Below, one piece after another: positions 1-9,280 of a DNA stretch of 19,905 bases; the stretch's first letter is position 1; the number at the start of each line of letters is the position of its first letter. The notes under the pieces were generated by a model that had not been told where the DNA came from, ran no database searches, and was given only the letters and a program-made list of their open reading frames with translations. The stretch lies in contig CBFFRP010000510.1 of NCBI GenBank assembly GCA_965644295.1, positions 1 through 19,905 of the forward strand, given 5' to 3'. The translations under genes were made by a program, and so were the position numbers. The DNA comes from Paraphysomonas bandaiensis. Its lineage: Eukaryota; Protista; Chrysophyceae.

Positions 1-2590
1 GATTTTGATTATTGTTTGCTGAATGGTGATATGATCTTATTTCAGATGATCATTCCCATTTCGATAATTGCTACGGCTTTTATCTTTTCCCGTCCGTATG
101 ATTTTGAGATGAACATGTTCTGTATGGTTACATCGTTACGGTCGCGGATATTATACACATGTTTAGAGTGTATACACATTTGATTACGAGAGTCGAGTGA
201 GAATCTATTATAATTTGTGGTTGGTTCCTCTATACGTAGTTAAGATGAATACTACAGAATAGTGAGGGAGATAGGGAGGCCACAAGTAATCGAACATCGC
301 AGAAATGTGATGAACGGTGAACGTATTACTAAGATGAGCTCGATGGATATGATTTTGATTACATTAACTATCAGGGAGATAGGGAGGCTGGTGATCAGAT
401 AGTGAGAGAGACGACTCTTAGCGATGATTTGGGATTGCAGGCTGACGAGTCTAATATTCCTTTAGCTGAGAGAGTGTCCATGAGTAGGCGAGTAAGACCT
501 ATTCGCGATTTTAATCGTGTAGTGAGAGTCATGCATGGCAGTGAGGAAAAACCTCATTGTGTAGTTAATGAGAGTGATGTGGATAGAGCCCTTCACGATG
601 AGAGTGATGTGGATAGAGCCCTTCACGATGAGAGTGATGTGGATAGAGCCCTTCACGATGAGAGTGATGTGGATAAAACCCTTCACGATGTGAGAGTGAT
701 AGATAGATCCCAGCCCAAGGAACGAAATGATATGAGTGCAAAAGGAAGAATGAATCCTGCTAAAAAGGCAAGGTGTGTGAGAAAAAAAAGGAATTTTCAT
801 GCAATTGATTCAGGTAAAACGGAATGTGATTCTCCGACTAAACGAAGTAAACCTCGTGCAACGTCATGCCGACCGAAACCTGTCCATCAAGCGAGGGTTC
901 AACCTTACCGTCACTCTGTTCCATTAAATAACAAATAGAGGAGATTGAAGATTCCTTTCGATTTATTAAAGATTTTCCAAATCCAGTGTTTGCTCTTGGT
1001 GTCCTGATTTATGAGTTTACTAAATGTTACTGGCTACATGTATGTGTACATGGGATATAAGCACAATGGACAATGTTTTTGAAGAGAGAATTCAAAAAGT
1101 GATTTAATTGAGCAGGAATTCTGGAGGATTGCAGACCTATGAAAGACCGACTGAGCGTTAATTTAATTTGTCGGATTATAATATGATGAGTGTAAGAAGG
1201 AAGGCAAAAGTTAATCCAGCATTGAGCAAGATTATTAGTGATCAGGGTGATATATACTCAGGAGAAGTATAGAAAATGAGGAACTACGTACATGTATCCT
1301 ACCCTTCTATGATTTGTGATTGCTCTATGAATACATGAAAACAATGGATTGTATTATATACATGCCACCTTGAAGTCTCTATATGTGTCAGGATCTCTTT
1401 ACAATCTGATATATTGTTTATAAGATTGTTCTATATGATATATATGTATATATGTGACTCCATACATATATACTACTTATTGATAGGCAAATATATGAAA
1501 TGGTTGATATCGATTTCGTTTCACCATATGCTATTCAAATAAATGATATCTATTGAAATTACACAGAGAATATCAGATGATTACACAGAGAGGTGAGGTT
1601 TTTGCAAATATTATGGATGATGTATTCCTGGGTGTTCCTATGACATTGTATCATGTTTTATTATTCTGTTGCATGAAAGGTTCAATGCAAATATTGAGGT
1701 CAAGGAGAGTATGTTTAGGGAATATATATACATCATCAAAGAGAGATAAACATATTATGTATATGATTATTAGTGATCTGATAGAAGACGGAAAAGTATT
1801 ATTATTATGTTGATCTCGATATATATTAGTACTATATTATATTATTATGAGTACTACAGTTATTATTCCATTTTCTTTGAGAAATGATGATGACAATGAT
1901 TATATGAATGGAGAATATCGTTTCTAAGATGAGTACATTGAAAATTGGGTTTAAAATGGTATGTATGCAACAAGATAGATTATATTTGTTATATGTTCAG
2001 TTGTTAGTTTGTTATCTAACTCTGACAGGCAATACTGGGGTGCAATTATGAACATTTTTCAAATATTGAGTGAATTATATAGATCTCCATATTCCTTTCA
2101 TGAAACAATCTGAAGCAGTGTCAATTATTAGTGGCTATTGTGATACTGAATGGACTACGATTGTGTCAAAGTCCGAATTAAAAGATTTCGATTTATTTTC
2201 ACCGAAGGATTCCGAGTATTTAGCTAAGCTGCCATAAGAAATTAATGTCATTGAGAGAGACATAATATATCAAGAGAGTTATCGCTAACAAGAATGTGAC
2301 AGAGAAATTAAAGGTGATAAACCTACAATTATTCATATTGATAACACGTCAGCGATTAAGTTGGCCAAAATTTTATGTATTTTCAGAGGAGAATGAAGCA
2401 CATTGCTAACAACATGAGATCAAAGATAGCACATATGGCGATACGACATCAATTTTCTATTAGACGATTATTCGCGAATGGGATTGTGGATTTCCAATAT
2501 ATTTCTACTATGAGGAAAATCTGACTGATCTATTCACTAAATCCCTTGCTAACCGTTTTCTTAAAAGAAACTTCGGTGGTTTGTGATTGA
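1..2590 (+). mobile_element. Degenerate Ty1/Copia LTR retrotransposon pol region (pseudogenised RT/RNase H)
   Basis: Broken-frame translations give Copia-type motifs in the expected order: YVD(L)DILV (~1806-1829, cf. YVDD), GYCDTEW (2133-2153, cf. GYxDADWA), SEYLA (~2211-2225, cf. AEYxA), KPTIIHIDNTSAIKLAK (2319-2369), FQRRMKHIA (~2381-2407), ENLTDLFTKSL (~2515-2547, cf. ADIFTKxL). Many stops and frameshifts. The 5' extent is inferred. Confidence 0.85.
568..687 (+). repeat. 30-bp tandem repeat, 4 copies (ATGAGAGTGATGTGGATAGAGCCCTTCACG)
   Basis: Three exact copies plus a fourth with 2 substitutions. In frame it reads ESDVDRALHD, probably in the variable integrase-RT linker of Copia pol. Confidence 0.95.
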
Positions 2591-2724
2591 GTGTTTGATG
2601 TCATACTTAAAGGGATTGATATATTATACTACATACTTAAGTATTTGAGTGCTATGTTTGTAAAGTGCATTATATACCATCATATTATTATCTATATTTG
2701 AAATGGTATACTTAGACGGGAGCG

Positions 2725-3274
2725 TAATTGATGTAAACGGTCTGCCCGTTGATCTCGTGCGTCTATTCATACATACAGTATATTCTCGTGATTACAATAT
2801 ATATATATACCTGCGTTATTTTATTTTTCCCTTATTGATGAGCATATTTGGGTTTTCGTTATAAACGTTTAGGTATTGTTGAAGTTGATCTTCACATGTG
2901 ACGACTTGTTCTGCACTGTATCCTTGCGCACGCTAGGATATAGGGAGGCACTTGGATTGTGATATCCTGCGTACGGTAGTACACTGTACTGCAGTACACT
3001 GTACAGGAGTACAGTGGTATACAGTACAGTGGTATACAGTACAGAGTATACAGTCATGTCTTGCATACTGAGTCATACATGATATACAGTATCGTATAGA
3101 GTTATACTGTACAGTACGACGTAGGTGTTGGATGCAGCGTAGTACACCGAGGACTGATTTTTGCCCTTGGAGTCATTTCGTTAGTCTGATGTTGCATGTG
3201 TGTTTTGTTGATCAGCTTATAATTAAGCATTATTCGCTTCTCTGCTTTCTCTCGCTTACGTATATAATATAACA
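2725..3274 (+). repeat. Probable 3' LTR of the Copia element
   Basis: Follows the RNase H end and a purine-rich PPT-like tract (AGACGGGAG, 2714-2722). Noncoding and could end in AACA at 3274. The 5' TG is not intact, no partner LTR is in the window, and the end overlaps the viral inverted repeat. Confidence 0.5.
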
Positions 3275-3361
3275 ACATTATTATATTCTATAATTAAATT
3301 AGACTTCAAGGTTTTATAGGGTTTTTGTATAAATTTGTTTTCTTTTCTAATTATATATACA

Positions 3362-3625
3362 ATGTTAATCGATGTAATTATTAAGTATAAAAAAAAAAGT
3401 GGCCCACTCTGTTTAGAACTCTTTGAATCATTAGACCATTCTAAATTTACCGCTCGTAGTGTACAATTCTTTAAAGAAATAGACCATTCTAAATTTAACG
3501 CTCGTAGTTCTAACCCTAATTTGTTTTGGCATGATTATACAATAAATATTAAAGACTTTGAAGAATTTGTCATGCATTTTGAAGATGTGATCGATGTAAT
3601 TAATGTAAGAATAAAACATTACTAA
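3362..3625 (+). CDS. Hypothetical 87-aa protein with an internal 16-aa duplication
   Basis: The ATG at 3362 follows TATATATACA, like other element genes (the track's TTG start at 3335 is less likely). Contains FESLDHSKFTARS / FKEIDHSKFNARS at a 48-bp period. Confidence 0.6.
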   Translation: MLIDVIIKYKKKSGPLCLELFESLDHSKFTARSVQFFKEIDHSKFNARSSNPNLFWHDYTINIKDFEEFVMHFEDVIDVINVRIKHY

Positions 3626-3772
3626 AATTAAGGTTTTTTAAACAAAATTGGGGGTTTTTATTTCTAAAATTAAGGGTTTTTATATAAATCAAGGTTTTTA
3701 TATAAAAATTGGGACTTTTTTGCGTAAATTCAAGATTTTTATAAAAATATGGGTTTTATAAAACTTATTTTG
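3626..3772. repeat. Degenerate ~20-bp periodic repeat (AAATT-RRGG-TTTT-ATA-like units)
   Basis: About 7 loose units such as aaattaaggttttt, aaattggggggttttt, aaattaagggttttt, aaatcaaggttttt, aaattgggactttt, aaatatgggtttt. Mirrored at 16690-16935. Confidence 0.7.
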
Positions 3773-3773
3773 G

Positions 3774-3911
3774 AAAACCGAGTTATATTATATTTTCACA
3801 GTATGGTTTACTCTCATCCAATACTTTTGCGACAAAATTGTCGCAATTGTATTGGCTGTCATTCATTTTCAAGTTATTCGGCAAAACCGAGTTATATTAT
3901 ATTTTCACAGT
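3774..3911. repeat. Two exact 29-bp direct repeats flanking a hairpin
   Basis: AAAACCGAGTTATATTATATTTTCACAGT at 3774-3802 and 3883-3911. Between them is the hairpin CCAATAC-tt-TTGCGACAA-aa-TTGTCGCAA-tt-GTATTGG at 3818-3855. Confidence 0.9.
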
Positions 3912-4210
3912 TTGCTTCATTCTCACAATCCCAGATATTCCCACATTGGTATGTTTTGTGTTGCTGTGTATGTTGTGTTGTTGTTGTGATGCTGTTGTGT
4001 TGTTTATGTGTCTACGAGTATATACATACATTATATATATATTCATTCATAATATTCATTGTCATTGTGTCTATATCATTGTGATATATAACAAGCATGG
4101 AAATAAAGGAAATATGATCTCATTATGAGTGCATATCAGGTATATTGTCTTTGTTTGGTTATATGTATCGTATTCATTATATTCATTGTTGTTGTTATGT
4201 GGGGTTCTTC

Positions 4211-4252
4211 TTCTTTCTCACAAGCATTTGTGAAAACCCCAAAGGCTTCATT
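4211..4252 (-). pseudogene. 3' remnant (14 codons) of the HNH endonuclease gene
   Basis: Reads NEAFGVFTNACEKE on the minus strand, identical to the C-terminus of 15631-16137, with three synonymous nucleotide differences. Confidence 0.92.
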
Positions 4253-4454
4253 TCTTTCTTTCTTCTAACATCTTTTTCTCTTCTTGTGTTCGTTTACATA
4301 AAGCAGTTTTATAATGTAGTTTAATTCTATTTTTACAAACTTGTCTTTCGCATAACTCACATTTGACCTTTTCACAATTATAAGCTATGAGTTTGTCTCT
4401 GTTCTTCTTGTAGTATTCCTTTTGATAAGCAATATTCTTTTCTGACTTGTTCAT
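4248..4454 (-). CDS. Small basic Zn-finger-like protein (CxxC...H...C), copy 1
   Basis: Motif CELC-x11-H-x5-C. Nearly identical to 15364-15582, with mostly synonymous differences between the copies. Confidence 0.85.
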   Translation of the reverse strand: MNKSEKNIAYQKEYYKKNRDKLIAYNCEKVKCELCERQVCKNRIKLHYKTALCKRTQEEKKMLEERKK

Positions 4455-4553
4455 GTATGTTATAATAATACTATATATTTTTATTTTTTTAAATGACTTT
4501 ATATAAAATTAAGCAAATAGATATTTCATATTTTATATATACACATAATATAT

Positions 4554-5573
4554 ATGAATAAGAAATCATTCAACGATATAATAAAGAAACTTGATATTGA
4601 TGAAACATTCACAAAAGAAGGAAAGAAACAAAAGAAATTTAATAGCATTAGAAAGAATACAGTTCAAAAAGCTAATTATAATATGATGGCTGATTTATTG
4701 GAACTTCCTGCAACTTCAAAAGGATATAGATACTGTTTTGTCATATGTGATTTATTCAGTAGACGATTTGACATTGAACCAATTAAGAATAAAGATTCTC
4801 AAACTGTCTTAAATGCTATGAAAGAATGCTTTAAACGATCATATATTGATAAACCTTATGCTTCTATAAGAACTGATGACGGAAATGAATTTAAAGGCGT
4901 GTTTTTCAAATACTTACATGATAATTCAATTTTACATAAAGTCGCTTTACCCAATAGACATAAACAAATGGCTAATGTTGAAGCCCTAAATAAGCAATTA
5001 GCAAGACTTTTTAATGGTTATATGAATAAAAAAGAGAAAGAAACAAAGAAAGTATTTCGCGAATGGACTGATATAGTACCAATAGTTAGAAAAGATTTAA
5101 ATGAATTCAGAGAAAATTTAACAGTTAATGAACCTGGATTCATTAACTATTCTATTAAAGCAAAATATAATGTGGGTGATATTGTTTATGAGAAGCTTGA
5201 CAGTCCTGAAAATGCTTTAGGACATAAACAAAATACGAAAAATTTTCGTGTTGGTGATTATAGATATTCACAAATACCAAAGAAGATCATTAACGTTCTT
5301 TATTTCACTGATAAACCTTATTACAGATATATATTACAAGGATTGCCTAATGTCTCTTATTCTCAACATGAACTTATTAAAGCTGATAATGAGAAAGACA
5401 CAAAATATGAAGTAAATAAAATTATTGGAAAGAGAACCAAAAATAAAAAAGTTGAATATTTAATATGGTGGAAGAAATATAAAAAAAATGAAAGCACATG
5501 GGAACCTGAGAAAAACTTAATTGAAGACGGATTACAAAATACAATTAATGATTACAACAAAAACAATTCTTAA
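4554..5573 (+). CDS. Retroviral-type (rve) DDE integrase with C-terminal chromodomain, copy 1
   Basis: Catalytic motifs ADL, TDDGNEF and VEALN. Chromodomain YEVNKIIGKR...EYLIWWKKY...STWEPEKNL. No N-terminal HHCC finger. The architecture matches Polinton-type integrases. Confidence 0.95.
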   Translation: MNKKSFNDIIKKLDIDETFTKEGKKQKKFNSIRKNTVQKANYNMMADLLELPATSKGYRYCFVICDLFSRRFDIEPIKNKDSQTVLNAMKECFKRSYIDKPYASIRTDDGNEFKGVFFKYLHDNSILHKVALPNRHKQMANVEALNKQLARLFNGYMNKKEKETKKVFREWTDIVPIVRKDLNEFRENLTVNEPGFINYSIKAKYNVGDIVYEKLDSPENALGHKQNTKNFRVGDYRYSQIPKKIINVLYFTDKPYYRYILQGLPNVSYSQHELIKADNEKDTKYEVNKIIGKRTKNKKVEYLIWWKKYKKNESTWEPEKNLIEDGLQNTINDYNKNNS

Positions 5574-6856
5574 CATTCATGTTTTTCATAATTGGCGTAT
5601 TCTTTATCACATTTATTACAAATATGTCTGTAATGTATAGCATTATAAAATATTATTTTTCCACTTGATTTCTCTTCTGGAGTTGGATAATACTTATTCT
5701 TTATTGAAAAATTAAAGTCCTCAATTAATGTTAATCTGTCTGTGTGAATTGCTACTAATTTGTCGATTAAGTTGTTTTTCATTACTAATTCAAACATCTT
5801 CTTCCTTCCTAATGACACTAGAAACGGCTTTATCCTTGCAAAGTTATACTTATAAGCTTCATCGCTTTTCACACATTTATATGTTCCTGAGTTTGTAATC
5901 TTCCTTAGTTTGTATTCACTATCAACAGTGCTGTTTATTCTTGTTAAGTCTAAATCATCAAAGTCATCAAAATATAAGTTCTTAAAGCTTGCCAGTGTTC
6001 CTCCTATTGTTGAGATGAGATGTTTTACTAACTTGTTCTTTGGTAACTTCTCTTTGACACTTAACATATCTTTCAACCATTCACCGAATAGTTTATCACC
6101 ATCCATTAAGTCATCATAGTCCCATATTAAAGCGTTATAGTCATATTCATCATCTACTTTCAGTAATTTGAATGTTAAGCCGAAGTAATCTTTATATTTA
6201 TACACTGAGTTTAATAATGTTGAGGTATAATGATTATCTTGTGAAAAGTTAAATACGTTTGTGAATTGATTGTTTGTATAGTTTATTTCAACTCTATATA
6301 TTCCATATTTCAATTTTCCATATTCAACACTATCTAAATTATATACTTTACCTTCTCTATATGGTATCTTCATATTGATTAAGAGATTGCTATAATAACT
6401 ACTAAAGTCTCTACTATAACACATCACGGGTTTTTCTTTGTAATCTAAGTTTAATGTTATCAATCCTGAATTGTAACAACGCTCCATTATGTAAAATTCT
6501 GTCTTTGATACTCTCTCAAACTTCTTTAATGTCTCTGCCTTGTGGTATGCCTTCCAATTGTATAATACGGCGTCATTATGATTGAAATACTTCTTATACT
6601 TGATTGAAAAATACTTACTACTCTTTGTTTTGATTGAAACTTTCTTTAATGCATCACACAATATATTAAAATCTTTTTTAAACCTTTTCAAGTCTGACTC
6701 TGTGTTATCATATCCTTGTAACATACTAAACTGATGACTCTTTTCGTGAAATATCTCTTGTAAATCACATCTTCTTACTTCGTCATCTTCATCAGTCATA
6801 TATACAGCTTCATTCATATCATAATAATAGTAATATACTTTATAGTTCTTACTCAT
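5570..6856 (-). CDS. Short divergent family-B (protein-primed-like) DNA polymerase, copy 1
   Basis: Motif A-like DFSSYYS, B-like KHLISTIGG, VSLGR (cf. TxxG/AR), C-like IHTDR. No recognisable Exo motifs. C-terminal CxxC...HxC. Confidence 0.7.
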   Translation of the reverse strand: MSKNYKVYYYYYDMNEAVYMTDEDDEVRRCDLQEIFHEKSHQFSMLQGYDNTESDLKRFKKDFNILCDALKKVSIKTKSSKYFSIKYKKYFNHNDAVLYNWKAYHKAETLKKFERVSKTEFYIMERCYNSGLITLNLDYKEKPVMCYSRDFSSYYSNLLINMKIPYREGKVYNLDSVEYGKLKYGIYRVEINYTNNQFTNVFNFSQDNHYTSTLLNSVYKYKDYFGLTFKLLKVDDEYDYNALIWDYDDLMDGDKLFGEWLKDMLSVKEKLPKNKLVKHLISTIGGTLASFKNLYFDDFDDLDLTRINSTVDSEYKLRKITNSGTYKCVKSDEAYKYNFARIKPFLVSLGRKKMFELVMKNNLIDKLVAIHTDRLTLIEDFNFSIKNKYYPTPEEKSSGKIIFYNAIHYRHICNKCDKEYANYEKHEC

Positions 6857-6927
6857 ATATAATACATGTACATTTTATATTTTAAACCATTTTATTTATT
6901 TTATATATTTTATATATTTTATATATT

Positions 6928-7266
6928 TTAATATAATATTGTAATTTCAAAATAAAAATAATCACTGAATTTTTCTTCAACTGTCTTAGCTTCAATACCA
7001 TATGAACGATAATAATTAATCATCATCCATTTTAAATCGTCTTCTATAAAATCCTGTGATTTTAACGTCTTCATACCATCTATACCCATAGCACGAATTA
7101 TAAAGTTATTTTTCTTATACTTCTTCGCTATTGCCTTGTAGAACTTGTTTATTTCATCTATACTTATCTTTTGATTCTTTTTTGGTGTAAATTGTGTCGT
7201 TGATTGTAATACGAATCCTTTCTTATTCTTCTTTTCAATTTTCTTTGTATCAAAATTCTTACTCAT
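6928..7266 (-). CDS. Unknown 112-aa protein, homolog of 12424-12747
   Basis: Shares the blocks KxxIxxIxxxYKA, IDG..T(L/I)KS and KFxD..Y with the 107-aa ORF at the mirror position. Has the element's upstream motif. Confidence 0.85.
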   Translation of the reverse strand: MSKNFDTKKIEKKNKKGFVLQSTTQFTPKKNQKISIDEINKFYKAIAKKYKKNNFIIRAMGIDGMKTLKSQDFIEDDLKWMMINYYRSYGIEAKTVEEKFSDYFYFEITILY

Positions 7267-7329
7267 ATAATATATATATATACATTATATATTTTTAAAC
7301 CTTTTTATTTATTTTGTATATTTTGTCAT

Positions 7330-7572
7330 CTAATTTTTAGATTGTATTTTTTTAACTTCCTTCTTTATGTTGTATATTTTAGTATTATTAAAAAAGTCTC
7401 TGTATATGTGATGAGGTCTCTTACTTTCCATTCGTCCTTCAGTTATCTTGTTATTCTTTCTTACTAAGTGTAACTCTATATCTAAGTCTTTTGCAACTTC
7501 TTTCAATGTTTTATATTCTTTGATTAAATTATTGTCTCCATCAATTTGAACAACTCTATATTTCATACTCAT
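7330..7572 (-). CDS. 80-aa protein with a NUMOD1/IENR1-like helix-turn-helix DNA-binding domain
   Basis: VVQIDGDNNLIKEYKTLKEVAKDLDI resembles the NUMOD1 pattern. Upstream motif present. Absent from the right arm. Confidence 0.65.
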   Translation of the reverse strand: MSMKYRVVQIDGDNNLIKEYKTLKEVAKDLDIELHLVRKNNKITEGRMESKRPHHIYRDFFNNTKIYNIKKEVKKIQSKN

Positions 7573-7633
7573 ATATTATATATATATATAATATATTTTT
7601 ATTTTTTTAACCATTTTTATTATTCAATATATT

Positions 7634-9280
7634 TTATATCATTTTCATCAAATCATCTATATCATCATCATCTAGTTCTACAGCCTTCATTTGTTTAAGC
7701 TTCTCTTTGTTATTCTTTTGTTCATTCTCTTCTAAGCGGTTCTTTCCTTTTTTCTTAGGTGGTTTAATTTCTACAAATAGACTCTCTACTTCGCTTTCTG
7801 TTTCTTTAACTTCCTTATTTTTTAGTTTCTTCTCCTTTCTTTCTTTTCTCTTTTCTTTTTTCTTTTCATATGCTTCTAGTTTCTTCTGTAGCTCTTCTAT
7901 TTGTTTCTTCTGAGATTCAATCTCTTTGAGTAGTGAGTTGTTGTCTTGGTCAGATGTCTCAACTTCCTTCTTGTTCTTATCTATTGATGTTCCATCACTG
8001 AATTCATCTAATTCATGAATCCATTTATTCTTTGTGGCGATTTGTAATAGTTCTTTGTTTGATACTATATACTTATTATATAGTTTTCTGTTTATCTTCT
8101 TCACCACATAGTTAATTCCTATCTCTTTTAACTTCTCGTTCATTCCAATTTTTCCCAAGGGCCTTATATTCAAAGACATGCAATAACAAGTATACTCTTC
8201 TAATAGTTCATCTACTGTATGATCAATACTAGCTTTATTCAAAACAAACTGATACTTAATAAACTTGCAAACATTATTTAATCGTTTAGCTATTGATGCC
8301 ATCTTTGATTTCGTCTCTGGGAAGTCTTGAGAATTAAAGTCTGTTGTGTCCACTTCTCTGAAGTAGCAATACAAAGCATAACCTACACTATCAGTAAAGC
8401 AATTATCATATATGTTCTTCCAATACAGTTTGTTTGCTTCGCTTAAATTTCCTTGTTTGTGTGTTGATATATCTAAACAGAAAAATCTTCTTCCATCATC
8501 GCTAATATCATGATTTGATAATAAGCAGTAGTTATTTATATTTTCAGCATCATAAGGATTACAACCTTTACTTTCTAATGTAATCATATTTGATGTAATC
8601 TGTCTCTTTAACTTTGATCCAACCGCCATCCATTCACCAGTGCTGAATGTTTCAAGTTCTTCAAAAGATACGAACAATTTACCACCTAGAATAGAATTGA
8701 AGTTACTCTTTAAACATTGACTTCCTGTTTCAATAGTCAAGTCTTTTGGTAACACATGACTAATTATCATCTGAGGATATGTTGATTTTCCTACTCCTTG
8801 GGCTTCTGTTTTCAACACTAAACATGAATTGTTTTTGTTTCCTTTACACATGTTAGCAGTCCATTTTAATAAATGTGAATATATAGCTTCATTGTTTGAA
8901 CATATAACCTCTTTCATATAACCTAAGAACACTTCAGCATATTTTCTATCATGTTTTGGTAATGATGAATAAGGCTTGACTGCTGGTAGTTGAGAACACA
9001 AATTAAGTTTATCGTCATATAAAGTTGGTTTATTTATTTTATACACAGGTGTCAATATATTGTCATGTTCGCATAAATACCATGACTTAAACTGCTTAGG
9101 AAATCTATTAATGTATACTTTTGACATTTCTTCTTGCTTCTTTATTTCATATTTACCATTTTTTTTAAAGGCGTGGTCTCCTGTACTCAAAGGGATAAAG
9201 TATTCGGCAATATACTTTTTAGTGTCATTTATAGAATCAGCAGAAAGCTCTTTTAATTTTTTCAATTCAAAGTTACTCAT
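7634..9280 (-). CDS. SF3 / D5-like replicative helicase, copy 1, with no evident primase domain
   Basis: Walker A QGVGKST, Walker B FVSFEE, sensor LLSNH, arginine finger GRRF. Charged coiled-coil C-terminal tail. Confidence 0.88.
   Translation of the reverse strand: MSNFELKKLKELSADSINDTKKYIAEYFIPLSTGDHAFKKNGKYEIKKQEEMSKVYINRFPKQFKSWYLCEHDNILTPVYKINKPTLYDDKLNLCSQLPAVKPYSSLPKHDRKYAEVFLGYMKEVICSNNEAIYSHLLKWTANMCKGNKNNSCLVLKTEAQGVGKSTYPQMIISHVLPKDLTIETGSQCLKSNFNSILGGKLFVSFEELETFSTGEWMAVGSKLKRQITSNMITLESKGCNPYDAENINNYCLLSNHDISDDGRRFFCLDISTHKQGNLSEANKLYWKNIYDNCFTDSVGYALYCYFREVDTTDFNSQDFPETKSKMASIAKRLNNVCKFIKYQFVLNKASIDHTVDELLEEYTCYCMSLNIRPLGKIGMNEKLKEIGINYVVKKINRKLYNKYIVSNKELLQIATKNKWIHELDEFSDGTSIDKNKKEVETSDQDNNSLLKEIESQKKQIEELQKKLEAYEKKKEKRKERKEKKLKNKEVKETESEVESLFVEIKPPKKKGKNRLEENEQKNNKEKLKQMKAVELDDDDIDDLMKMI

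Larger units (their letters stand above)
3261..5573. repeat. Left outer arm of a long, interrupted inverted repeat (partner 14250-16975)
   Basis: 3261-3302 is the reverse complement of 16934-16975 (41/42). ~4007-4068 matches ~16276-16337 exactly. The Zn-finger gene, intergenic region and integrase align in inverted orientation. Confidence 0.95.

Noticed and set aside
264-388. 16-bp direct repeat AGGGAGATAGGGAGGC (264-279, 373-388)
   Set aside because: Real, but most simply a local duplication in decayed retroelement DNA with no supportable function.
402-938. 178-aa ORF (and antisense 462-800) as a standalone gene
   Set aside because: GTG start, and the length is inflated by the stop-free 30-bp repeat. 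Best read as a fragment of decayed Copia pol.
3774-3911. Mini CRISPR array
   Set aside because: Only two repeats, an 80-bp self-complementary spacer, no cas genes, and a eukaryotic context.
3749-4128. ORFs 3749-4084 and 3838-4128, plus 16486-16728
   Set aside because: They are translations of TG-rich or structured noncoding DNA, and no matching ORF is called in the mirror arm.
5570-6856. Assignment as primer-independent PolB (pipolin type)
   Set aside because: The altered first residue of motif C is reminiscent, but piPolBs are much longer and retain an exonuclease domain. This cannot be supported without a phylogeny.
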